DNA from: Acidobacteriota bacterium
GTDB taxonomy: Bacteria > Acidobacteriota > UBA890 > WLXD01
Reading direction: 5' to 3'
Assembly: GCA_963666055.2 (NCBI GenBank)
Contig: CAXWPH010000015.1
Location: forward strand, 864,001 to 928,000
Length of the DNA: 64,000 nucleotides
The notes under the pieces are model-generated. The model ran no database searches. It worked only from the letters and a program-made list of their open reading frames with translations, and was not told the DNA's origin. The translations under genes were made by a program, and so were the position numbers. Below, piece by piece: positions 1-8,999 of the stretch (within the stretch, counting starts at the first letter, position 1; the number at the start of each line of letters is the position of its first letter).

Positions 1-1
1 A

Positions 2-640
2 CGGTTCCGGCTGCCCGCCGAGATGATTCGCGACGGCGCGCTGGCGGTGAGCGGGTTGCTGAACGGCGCCATCGGCGGGCCGAGCGTGTTTCCCTACCAA
101 CCAGCCGACTTGTGGAAGCCGCTAGCCTACGGCGCCCATTTCACGGCGCAGTCTTACACGCCGAGCCACGGCGAGGATCTCTACCGTCGCAGCATGTACT
201 CGTTCTGGAAGCGCACCGTGCCGCCGCCGTCACTCAATACGTTCGACGCGCCCGACCGCGAGTCGTGCACGGTGCGCCGGCCACGGACGAACACGCCGCT
301 GCAGGCGCTGGTGCTGTTGAACGACCCGACATTCGTCGAGGCGGCGCGCTTTCTGGCTCAGCGGATGATCGTTGAGGCTGTCGCGAACCCGGCCGACCGG
401 GTTCGTTTCGCCTATCGTCTGACCGCGGCGCGCCAGCCGAGCACGACCGAGCTCGGCGTCCTCGTCGAGGTGGCGCGAGGGCAGCTCGACGAGTACCGCG
501 ACGATCCCGAAGCCGCCAGCCAGCTGCTGACCGTCGGTGAGGGCGGCTACGATCCCGGCCACGACCCGATCGAGCTGGCGGCCTGGGCCAACGTCGCCGG
601 CATCATCATGAACCTCGACGAAACGATTACGCGGGAGTAG
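2..640 (+). CDS. DUF1553 (PSD1, planctomycete cytochrome c-associated) protein, C-terminal part, 5'-truncated by window
   Basis: Frame open from window start ([11 protein letters not shown]); motifs [40 protein letters not shown]; directly upstream of DUF1501. Confidence 0.9.
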   Translation, partial: RFRLPAEMIRDGALAVSGLLNGAIGGPSVFPYQPADLWKPLAYGAHFTAQSYTPSHGEDLYRRSMYSFWKRTVPPPSLNTFDAPDRESCTVRRPRTNTPLQALVLLNDPTFVEAARFLAQRMIVEAVANPADRVRFAYRLTAARQPSTTELGVLVEVARGQLDEYRDDPEAASQLLTVGEGGYDPGHDPIELAAWANVAGIIMNLDETITRE

Positions 641-645
641 CAAGG

Positions 646-2109
646 ATGGACCCAATACGCGAGGACGAGCTCCGGGTGACGCGCCGGCAGCTGTTCTCGC
701 GCGCGCGCACCGGCATCGGTGTGGCGGCGCTGACCGCGCTGCTGCCCCCCGAGCTGGTGTGGGCCGCCGGGGAAGGAGGGCAGGCCGGTGCAACGCCAGG
801 AGCACTGCCCCACTTCGCGCCGAAGGCCAAGCGAGCCATCTTCCTGTTTCAGTCGGGCGCACCCTCGCAGATGGATCTCTTCGACTACAAGCCCAGGCTG
901 AGAGAGCTGCATGGCACCGAGCTGCCCGACTCGGTTCGCCAGGGACAGCGGCTGACCGGCATGAGCTCGGGGCAGGATCGGTTCCCGCTCGTGAACCCGA
1001 TCTTCAGCTTCGACCAGTACGGACAATCGGGGACCTGGATCAGCGAGCTGTTGCCGCATACGGCGAAGATCGTCGACGACATCGCCATCATCAAGAGCGT
1101 GCACACCGACGCAATCAATCACGATCCCGCCATCACCTTCATCCAGAGCGGCAGCCAGCAGCCGGGTCGCCCCAGCATGGGTGCGTGGCTCAGCTACGGC
1201 CTCGGCAGCGCCAACCAGGATCTACCGACCTTCATCGCCCTGCTCTCACGCGGCAGCGCCAAGTTCGACCAGCAGCCGCTATTCTCCCGGTTGTGGGGCA
1301 GCGGCTTTCTGCCGTCGAATCATCAGGGCGTCAACTTTCGATCGAGCGGCGACCCGGTGCTGCACCTCTCAGACCCACCCGGCATCAGCCGCACGAATCG
1401 CCGCCGCCTGCTCGACGCGATCCGGACAATCAACCAGGAACGTGCCGCGATGCTCGGTGATCCGGAGATCGAGACGCGCATTGCCCAGTACGAGTTGGCC
1501 TACCGGATGCAAGCGTCGGTGCCCGATCTGATGGACCTGTCGGACGAGCCGGCAAGCACATTCGATCTGTACGGCGAGGACGCGCGCCGTCCAGGCACCT
1601 ACGCGGCCAACTGCTTGCTGGCGCGCCGGCTTGCCGAGAAGGGCGTGCGCTTCGTGCAGCTGTACCATCGCGGCTGGGACCAGCACCTGGATCTACCGCG
1701 CGACCTCGCACTGCAGTGTCAGGACACCGATCAGGCGTCGGCAGGGCTGATCACCGATCTGAAGCGGCGTGGCCTGCTCGACGAGACGCTGGTGATCTGG
1801 GGCGGGGAGTTCGGCCGCACGGTCTACTGCCAGGGCACCCTGAAGGAGGACAACTACGGGCGCGACCACCATCCGCGCTGTTTCACCATGTGGATGGCCG
1901 GTGGGGGTATCAAGCCCGGCGTCTCCCTCGGACGGACCGACGACTTCTCGTACAACATCCTCGAGGACCCGGTGCACGTGCACGACCTCCAGGCGACAAT
2001 CCTCCACTGCCTCGGCATCGACCACAAACGACTGACCTACAGGTATCAGGGGCGCGACCACCGACTCACCGACGTGGCCGGCCGCGTGTTCGAGAAGGTG
2101 TTGCTATAG
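646..2109 (+). CDS. DUF1501 domain protein (Tat-like signal, sulfatase-like fold)
   Basis: TRRQLF leader; [44 protein letters not shown] motifs. Confidence 0.93.
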   Translation: MDPIREDELRVTRRQLFSRARTGIGVAALTALLPPELVWAAGEGGQAGATPGALPHFAPKAKRAIFLFQSGAPSQMDLFDYKPRLRELHGTELPDSVRQGQRLTGMSSGQDRFPLVNPIFSFDQYGQSGTWISELLPHTAKIVDDIAIIKSVHTDAINHDPAITFIQSGSQQPGRPSMGAWLSYGLGSANQDLPTFIALLSRGSAKFDQQPLFSRLWGSGFLPSNHQGVNFRSSGDPVLHLSDPPGISRTNRRRLLDAIRTINQERAAMLGDPEIETRIAQYELAYRMQASVPDLMDLSDEPASTFDLYGEDARRPGTYAANCLLARRLAEKGVRFVQLYHRGWDQHLDLPRDLALQCQDTDQASAGLITDLKRRGLLDETLVIWGGEFGRTVYCQGTLKEDNYGRDHHPRCFTMWMAGGGIKPGVSLGRTDDFSYNILEDPVHVHDLQATILHCLGIDHKRLTYRYQGRDHRLTDVAGRVFEKVLL

Positions 2110-2184
2110 CAGGGTGCTGAAAAACTCTGGTGGGGTCTGGTTATGGCGTCGTGGGGCCAGATGCAAGGTGGCGCGACGCAGGCG
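2106..2184 (+). repeat. Partial MITE-family copy starting at the DUF1501 stop codon
   Basis: tagcagggtgctgaaaaactc end followed by tggtggggtctggttatggcg..ggggccagatgcaagg..caggcga, matching 32601-32657 of the full copy. Confidence 0.65.
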
Positions 2185-2200
2185 AGGACGGAGGCAGGCG

Positions 2201-2941
2201 ATGAGAGCCACGAAGAGGGCACCCGGGAAGGTCCTGCTGCTGCTCCTGTGTGTGCAGATGGCAACGGCAGGCATGGTGCACGCACAGGACCCCGCCATTG
2301 TGCCGACGCCGCGCGCCGACAGAGCATGGTGGATGAGCCGCTTCTATGACAACGTTCGACAGGTCGGGGGCGGCGATGTCGACCTGCTGTTTATCGGCGA
2401 CTCCATAACCCACAGCTGGGAAAACGCCGGCAAGGAAACCTGGGACAAGTACTACGGGCACCGCAAGGCGGTGAATCTCGGCTTCAGCGGCGATCGCACC
2501 CAGCACGTGCTGTGGCGCCTGATCCATGGCCAGCTCGATCGCGTCAGCCCCAAGGTGGCGGTGCTGATGATCGGCACCAACAACTCCCGCAACTACACAC
2601 CGGACGATATCGCTGCGGGGATCGGCGCGATTTGCAACACGCTGCGGGGTCTGCTGCCGGAAACGAAGATCCTCCTGTTGGCCGTGTTTCCACGGGGTAG
2701 AACGGGCGACGACTGGCAGCGTGGCGTCAACGCTGAAGCCAACTCCATCGTCGCCGAGCTCGACGACGGTGAGTGGATCCACTATCTGGACATCGGCGAT
2801 AGCTTTCTGGAGGACGACGGTGTCTTGCCGGAGAGCGTCATGCCCGACGCCCTACACCCTCAAGGCCATGGCTATCAGATCTGGGCCGAGGCCATGGAAC
2901 CGCTGCTGGCGCGGCTGATGGGGGACGAGCCGGTACGGTAA
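2201..2941 (+). CDS. Exported GDSL/SGNH hydrolase (PAF-acetylhydrolase IB-like)
   Basis: FIGDSITH, GFSGDRT, IGTNN, DALHP catalytic blocks; signal peptide; ATG 2201 with GGAGG upstream. Confidence 0.9.
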   Translation: MRATKRAPGKVLLLLLCVQMATAGMVHAQDPAIVPTPRADRAWWMSRFYDNVRQVGGGDVDLLFIGDSITHSWENAGKETWDKYYGHRKAVNLGFSGDRTQHVLWRLIHGQLDRVSPKVAVLMIGTNNSRNYTPDDIAAGIGAICNTLRGLLPETKILLLAVFPRGRTGDDWQRGVNAEANSIVAELDDGEWIHYLDIGDSFLEDDGVLPESVMPDALHPQGHGYQIWAEAMEPLLARLMGDEPVR

Positions 2942-3019
2942 ACACCATGCTCGTCTCAGGTCGTGAGGGTGTCGATGGCGCCCTCACGTCTGCTAACCGA
3001 TTTCAGGAGAGGCTTTCCC

Positions 3020-3832
3020 ATGCGCACACACCTTCGGGCTAGTGCCGTTCGGACCGCTCTCATCGGCGGTCTGCTGATCGCCGGCGGGACCGCCACGCTG
3101 GCAGCAGCCCAGGAGAACCCGCTCACCACCTCGGTCGACCTCTGGATGGGCCGGCGCGTGTTCCTGGCCCAATGCGGTCGCTGCCATGGCCTCGACGGGA
3201 CCGGCGGTGGCGAGACCGGGGCGCCCGACTTGACGAGGGGAACCTTGGCGACGACCAGCACCGACGCCGGGCTCTTCAATGTCATTCGCGAGGGTATCGA
3301 CGGTACCGCCATGATCGGGATCAGCCCGCAGTCGCCGGACCAGACCGTCTGGCAAATCATCACCTACATCCACTCATTGAACCCCGATCCCGCCGACTAC
3401 GACCTGCCGGGTAGCGCCAGCGCCGGGCGACAGGTCTTCGACGGCAAGGGAAACTGCGGAAGCTGTCACATGGTCGGCGGCAAAGGCGGCCGGCTCGGAC
3501 CCGACCTTTCGGTGGTCGCGAACCGCCGCGATCCGGACGAGCTCAAGGCCGACCTGCTCGATCCGGATGAAGAGGTCGCCCCGCGTTGGTGGACCCTGCG
3601 GGTCACGCAGCATGACGGTACCGTCGTCGAGGGTCTGCGGATGAACGAAGATACGTTCACCCTCAGCATGATCGACGAGGACGAGAACCTCTGGCACTTC
3701 TCGAAGAGTCAGATTAGTGGCAGCGAGCGGATCACGACGTCGAGCATGCCGAGCTACGAGAACACGTTGACTGCGGGGGAGGTGGACGACCTGGTTGCCT
3801 ACCTTTTCTCGCTGCGTAAGGAGCGTCGATGA
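3020..3832 (+). CDS. Di-heme c-type cytochrome (putative heme-binding domain)
   Basis: Two CxxCH motifs (CGRCH, CGSCH), GGRLGPDLS, C-terminal SSMP..LVAYL; signal peptide; overlaps next gene. Confidence 0.88.
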   Translation: MRTHLRASAVRTALIGGLLIAGGTATLAAAQENPLTTSVDLWMGRRVFLAQCGRCHGLDGTGGGETGAPDLTRGTLATTSTDAGLFNVIREGIDGTAMIGISPQSPDQTVWQIITYIHSLNPDPADYDLPGSASAGRQVFDGKGNCGSCHMVGGKGGRLGPDLSVVANRRDPDELKADLLDPDEEVAPRWWTLRVTQHDGTVVEGLRMNEDTFTLSMIDEDENLWHFSKSQISGSERITTSSMPSYENTLTAGEVDDLVAYLFSLRKERR

Positions 3833-5466
3833 TGAAACGGCTCCTGTTTGTTATTGCCATCCTCACGTTCGTGCCGCTCGTGCTGGCCCAGGAACCGCCG
3901 AGCGCGAACGCGCCGACGCCAGTGCTTTCGCCGGTGACCTGGGAACGACTGTTGAACGCGGCGAACGAGCCGGAGAACTGGTTGATGTACTCGGGGACCC
4001 TCGACAGCCAGCGTCACAGCCGGCTCGACCGTGTGCACACTCGGAACGTGGCAGATCTCGAGCTCAAGTGGGCCTATCAGATTCCCGCTATCGATCGCGC
4101 CGAGACCACGCCGCTGGTCGTCGACGGTGTGATGTTCGTTACCGAGGCGCCAAGCAACGTCGTGGCGCTCCATGCCGCAACTGGGCGACCGTACTGGCGC
4201 TATGACCACGAGCTGCCGGACGACCTGCGGTTGTGCTGCGGCCGCAACAATCGTGGTGTCGCGATCCTGGGTGAGACCCTCTACATGAGCACGCTGGACG
4301 CGCATCTGGTGGCCATCGACGCGCGCACCGGCAACCTGGTGTGGAATCGGGAGGTCGCGGAGCACAGCTCCGGTTACAGCAAGACCGCGGCGCCGCTGAT
4401 CGTCAAGGACCATGTTGTCACCGGCATCGCCGGTGGGGAGTACGGCATCCGCGGCTTCCTCGATTCCTACAACGCCGAGACCGGCGAGCGGGAATGGCGT
4501 ACCTGGACCATCCCCGGGCCGGAGCACGCCGACAACCGGACCTGGGCGGGTGAATCGTGGCGCACGGGCGGGTCGCCCACCTGGATTACTGGCTCCTACG
4601 ATCCAGGTCTCGACCTCATCTACTGGGGCACGGGGAATCCTGGCCCGGACTGGAACGGCGACGTTCGGTTGGGCGACAACTTGTATTCCGACTCGGCCCT
4701 GGCGCTGGATGCCGACACCGGCGAGTTGGCGTGGTACTTCCAGTTCACCCCGCATGACGTGCACGACTGGGACGCCATCCAGATTCCGATCCTCGGCGAA
4801 ATCGCCTACGAAGGCGAGATGCGCAAGGTGATGATGTGGGCCAACCGCAACGGCTTCTACTACACGCTCGACCGCCAGACCGGCGAGTTCCTGGTGGGCG
4901 AGTCGTTCGCCAGGCAAACCTGGGCAGAAGGCCTGGATGAGAACGGGCGGCCGATCCGCTTCCCGGACACGTCGCCGACGCTGGAGGGCGTCATCGTGTC
5001 GCCGTCGGTGTATGGAGCCACCAACTGGTGGTCACCGGCGTACAGCCCGCTCACCGGCCTGTTCTACGTCAATGCCTTCGATGGCGAGCAGGAGTACTTC
5101 AAGCGTGATCAGGAGTATGTGGAAGGCGAGTATTACTCGGGCGGTGCCGGGCGTAGAGTGCTGCCGGTGGACAACTACCAGAGCGCCATTCGCGCTATCG
5201 ACCCGGCGACCGGCGACGTCCATTGGGAGTTCCCACTGGCGCCGCATTCCACGTCGGGGTTGCTGTCGACTGCTGGAAATCTGGTCTTCGGCGGCACGGT
5301 CGGCGGCTATTTCTTCGCGCTCGACGCCGCCAGTGGCGAGGAGTTATGGCACGTGAACGTAGGCGCCCGGGTGCATTCGGCGCCGATAACCTACGCCGTG
5401 AACGGACAACAGTACATCTCGATCGCCGCGGGAAATGTGATCTTCACCTTCGGCCTGAAGGGATAG
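3829..5466 (+). CDS. PQQ-type quinoprotein dehydrogenase (methanol/ethanol family fold)
   Basis: ETTPLVVDG, vicinal CC (LCCGRNNRG), GGEYGIRG, WGTGNPGP, TPHDVHDWD, Trp-docking repeats. Confidence 0.92.
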   Translation: MMKRLLFVIAILTFVPLVLAQEPPSANAPTPVLSPVTWERLLNAANEPENWLMYSGTLDSQRHSRLDRVHTRNVADLELKWAYQIPAIDRAETTPLVVDGVMFVTEAPSNVVALHAATGRPYWRYDHELPDDLRLCCGRNNRGVAILGETLYMSTLDAHLVAIDARTGNLVWNREVAEHSSGYSKTAAPLIVKDHVVTGIAGGEYGIRGFLDSYNAETGEREWRTWTIPGPEHADNRTWAGESWRTGGSPTWITGSYDPGLDLIYWGTGNPGPDWNGDVRLGDNLYSDSALALDADTGELAWYFQFTPHDVHDWDAIQIPILGEIAYEGEMRKVMMWANRNGFYYTLDRQTGEFLVGESFARQTWAEGLDENGRPIRFPDTSPTLEGVIVSPSVYGATNWWSPAYSPLTGLFYVNAFDGEQEYFKRDQEYVEGEYYSGGAGRRVLPVDNYQSAIRAIDPATGDVHWEFPLAPHSTSGLLSTAGNLVFGGTVGGYFFALDAASGEELWHVNVGARVHSAPITYAVNGQQYISIAAGNVIFTFGLKG

Positions 5467-5472
5467 GCACAG

Positions 5473-5489
5473 CACCACGGCCTGCTAGG
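5473..5489. repeat. Isolated terminal repeat of the MITE family
   Basis: caccacggcctgctagg identical to the right ends at 26306-26322 and 32840-32856. Confidence 0.6.
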
Positions 5490-5545
5490 GACCTTCGATT
5501 TCTGGCGGAGGTAAAGTCGAGACGTCGTCTTCAGGGGGAGCCCTC

Positions 5546-7372
5546 ATGGACACGCCGCCGGACATTTCGGAAGGTCTCAATGCGGGGATGTGGACGATCA
5601 CCGACTACTGCCCTCGCCGGGCACCGGGAAAACTCATGAGCTGCTCGATGCCTATCCAGGCCGGTGCTCGCCTCCGTCTACGGTCGGTTGCCGCCAGTGT
5701 GACAGTCGGCATTTGGGCCTTGTCGGCGTCTTCTCCTGTGGCGACGCAAGAACGGTTGACCGCCGACTTGGTGGTGATCTCAGCGAACATCATCACCGTC
5801 GACGACAGGAATCCGAGGGCCGAGGCACTAGCGGTTCGAGATGGAAAATTCGTGTCGGTGGCAAGCGATGCAGAGATACGTTTGCTGATCGGCTCAGACA
5901 CAGAGATCATTGATGCTGGGGGCAAGACTCTCGTCCCCGGTTTCGTCGACGCCCATATGCACCCGGAGCCAACGTATCCGGTGACGTCGCGCTTGGGCAG
6001 GGTCGACCTGAGTCCGGACAACGTGCAGACGATGCAGGACGTTGTCGCTGCGTTGAGGAAGAAGGCTTCCATCACCCCAGAAGGCGAGTGGGTGATCGGC
6101 ACCCGATACCAGGACACCAAGCTCGGCAGGCACCCGAGTCGCCGCGATCTGGATCAGGTCTCAACGGTTCATCCGATCTTCATCACTCATTCCAGTGGGC
6201 ATGTTTCGGCGGTCAATTCCCTGGCTCTCGAGACGGCCGCCATCGACAGCGCGACGCCAGACCCACCGGGTGGAGGGTTTGAGCGCGACAACGAAGGTCA
6301 CCCAACGGGGGTGGTATGGGAAAACGCCATCGAGCTCATCCTGCACGCCGGCCCTCCGCTGCCCGAGGCCACACGCGACGAACAGACGCAGGGGATTCTG
6401 CAGACCTTCGAGGCCTTCCTGAGCAAGGGCATCACCAGCGTCGTCGATGCAGGGAGCGGTCCAGCGGCCTTCAGGGGTTACCAGGATGCTGCCGAGCAAG
6501 GCCAACCGGTCAGGGTGAGCATCATGTTCGAGTTTCGCCATCTACCGGCATTGCGAGAGCTCGGCCTTCGCACCGGGTTTGGTAGCGACCATCTGAGAAT
6601 CGGCGCGATCAAGAGCTTCCATGGCAACTCGCTCTCGGGGAGGACCTGCTGGTTATACGAGCCCTACGAGATCACCAATCCGGCAACCGGCGAGCGCGAC
6701 TACTACGGCATCCCACCGGGCAGGTCTCAAGAGGATCTCGACGCCATGATCCTGGAGATTCACGAGGCTGGATTCCAGGCTGCCGTACACTCCAACGGCG
6801 ACCGCGAGATCGACATGGTTCTCGATGCGCTCGAGCGAGCGTTGAATCATCGGCCACGCAGGAATCATCGACACCGCATCGAGCACGCGAGCATCGTCAA
6901 TCCCACCATTCTCAGGAGGGTCCAGGAGCTCGGCGTTGTCCTGGCTCTGCACTCCTACGTTTACGAGCACGGCGACAAGATGGAGGCCTACGGCGCGGCA
7001 CGGTGGAAGATGATGCATGCCAATCGATCCGCTTTAGAGCTCGGCATTCCGGTTGCCGGAAACTCTGACTACAGTGTGAGCGCGGCGGATCCGATGCTCA
7101 GAATCCAGAGCATGGTCACGCGCACCAGTGCGCAGGGAAAAGTCTACGGTGCGGAGCAGAAGATCAGCGTCGAAGACGCCATTCGCGTTTGGACTCTTGG
7201 GGGCGCCTACTCGACCTTCGACGAGAGGATCAAAGGATCGATCGAGATCGGAAAGCTGGCAGATTTCGTGATCCTCTCAGGGGATCCGACCAGCGTCCCT
7301 CCGGCGACCATCAAGGAAATCGTTGTCGACATGACCTTTATCGACGGCAAGCTCGAGTACGCGCGGCATTGA
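5546..7372 (+). CDS. Amidohydrolase 3 (YtcJ-like); true start probably ~5636-5648
   Basis: PGFVDAHMH, SGH, HSNGD, RHRIEHA, GSIEIGKLADFVIL. Confidence 0.9.
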   Translation: MDTPPDISEGLNAGMWTITDYCPRRAPGKLMSCSMPIQAGARLRLRSVAASVTVGIWALSASSPVATQERLTADLVVISANIITVDDRNPRAEALAVRDGKFVSVASDAEIRLLIGSDTEIIDAGGKTLVPGFVDAHMHPEPTYPVTSRLGRVDLSPDNVQTMQDVVAALRKKASITPEGEWVIGTRYQDTKLGRHPSRRDLDQVSTVHPIFITHSSGHVSAVNSLALETAAIDSATPDPPGGGFERDNEGHPTGVVWENAIELILHAGPPLPEATRDEQTQGILQTFEAFLSKGITSVVDAGSGPAAFRGYQDAAEQGQPVRVSIMFEFRHLPALRELGLRTGFGSDHLRIGAIKSFHGNSLSGRTCWLYEPYEITNPATGERDYYGIPPGRSQEDLDAMILEIHEAGFQAAVHSNGDREIDMVLDALERALNHRPRRNHRHRIEHASIVNPTILRRVQELGVVLALHSYVYEHGDKMEAYGAARWKMMHANRSALELGIPVAGNSDYSVSAADPMLRIQSMVTRTSAQGKVYGAEQKISVEDAIRVWTLGGAYSTFDERIKGSIEIGKLADFVILSGDPTSVPPATIKEIVVDMTFIDGKLEYARH

Positions 7373-7765
7373 GGGCAGGCGGCGATTCTGAAACGAGGCA
7401 AGGCCTCCTCCAGCTACTCTCAGGCGCCAACGAGCCGAGACGGGAGGCAAGGACACGATGATAATCCGGAACTACGGTCGCAGTCTGAGCGAGGCTCTCG
7501 AGGCCAGAGCCAGCTTCAGCGCGCCCCGGCTCCTGGAGGGCCACGCGGTAACGGCTCTCTCGTCGGTGTTTATGGCGATGACGTCGATGCTCGCCTGGGC
7601 TTGCCATCTCTCGCAGCCACGGGCTACGCGCCACTGGTCGCGGTTGTTCTGGCCGGTGTTCAGCTTTGCGTTCCTGTTTTTTGAGCCGGCAGCGGTCTGC
7701 TCTAGCTCCCCGATGGCATTCTTGAGCGGCCCAGATGGAGCCCTACGGCGCGCGGCACGTGGCAG

Positions 7766-8953
7766 ATGAGGCTACGGGGAACGAGTAGGTGCACCGCGCT
7801 CTTGATAAGCCTCCTGGTGATCCCGGTGGGCCCGGGCGCGGCGGAAGTAGCGCCGGCCGAGCGCCAAGCGCAGAAGGTGATTATCGATGCGGACCCGGGG
7901 ATCGACGACTCGATCGCCATTCTCTTCGCATTGCGCTCGCCAGCGCTCGATGTTCTCGGCATCACGACGGTATTCGGCAACGCCGACATCGAGCGGGCGA
8001 CGCTGAACGCGCTACGCTTGGTCGAGCTCGACGGCCGTTCTGTTCCGGTGGCACGCGGTGCCTCCAAGCCGTGGATCGGCGAGACGCCTTCGCCGCCCGA
8101 CTTTGTCCATGGCTCCGACGGCATCGGCAATATCGATGCCCCGCCACCGACGACCGTACCGATCGATGTGAGCGCTGCCCGCTTTATCGTCGAGACGGTA
8201 CGGAGCCACCCCGGCGAGGTCACGCTCCTTGCCCTGGGACGGCTGACCAACCTCGCCGTCGCCTTGGCGATCGAGCCGGCGCTTCCGAGCCTGGTCAAAC
8301 AGGTCGTGCTGATGGGCGGTGCCGTCGCAGTGCCCGGCAACGTATCCCCGGTTGCCGAGGCGAACATCGCCGGCGACCCGCACGCCGCCGACATTGTGCT
8401 CGCCGCATCGTGGAAGGCCACCATGGTGGGCCTCGACGTGACGACCCAGGTACGGCTTACCGAGAGCGTCCTCGAGCGCCTGGCACACAGCAACGATATC
8501 GGCGCCTTTATCTACCGAATAACCCGCTTCTACAAGCACTTCTACGAGTCGATCGGCCTCACCGGCGGGTTCTACGTGCACGATCCTTCGGCGGTGGCGT
8601 ATCTCATTGAGCCCGACATCTTCTCGACGCAGGATGCGCGCGTGCGCGTGGCGACTGAGGGAATCGCCAAGGGGCAGACGATCACTGCACCGCTCGACGC
8701 TCCCCAGGAGTGGAAGCCCTGGTACGACACGCCGGCCGTCGCCGTAGCCCTCGAGGTCGATGCCGACCGGTTGCTGCGACTACTCGAGTCGACGTTGACT
8801 CGACGCGACGTTGGAAGGCACCCGGACCCGCCAGCGAGATTGTCGGAGTCGACAGACGCCTCATCGATTCTCCCTGCTCCCCGGTGGTCTCTCGAACAGA
8901 GGGATGTCGGTCTGGAGGATCTCTTCGAGCCGGGCGAGACTTCGGGAACATGA
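7766..8953 (+). CDS. Inosine/uridine-preferring nucleoside hydrolase with signal-peptide-like N-terminus
   Basis: DADPGIDD, FGN, HGSDG, LTNLA, AEANIAGDP, VHDP motifs. Confidence 0.92.
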   Translation: MRLRGTSRCTALLISLLVIPVGPGAAEVAPAERQAQKVIIDADPGIDDSIAILFALRSPALDVLGITTVFGNADIERATLNALRLVELDGRSVPVARGASKPWIGETPSPPDFVHGSDGIGNIDAPPPTTVPIDVSAARFIVETVRSHPGEVTLLALGRLTNLAVALAIEPALPSLVKQVVLMGGAVAVPGNVSPVAEANIAGDPHAADIVLAASWKATMVGLDVTTQVRLTESVLERLAHSNDIGAFIYRITRFYKHFYESIGLTGGFYVHDPSAVAYLIEPDIFSTQDARVRVATEGIAKGQTITAPLDAPQEWKPWYDTPAVAVALEVDADRLLRLLESTLTRRDVGRHPDPPARLSESTDASSILPAPRWSLEQRDVGLEDLFEPGETSGT

Positions 8954-8999
8954 AGCGGCGCATGCGGCGGCGCGGTTACCGGAGTTACGCCGGGAGCAG

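Noticed and set aside
7458-7769. 103-aa ORF between amidohydrolase and nucleoside hydrolase
   Set aside because: Plausible RBS but no recognisable motif; possibly a decayed membrane-gene fragment
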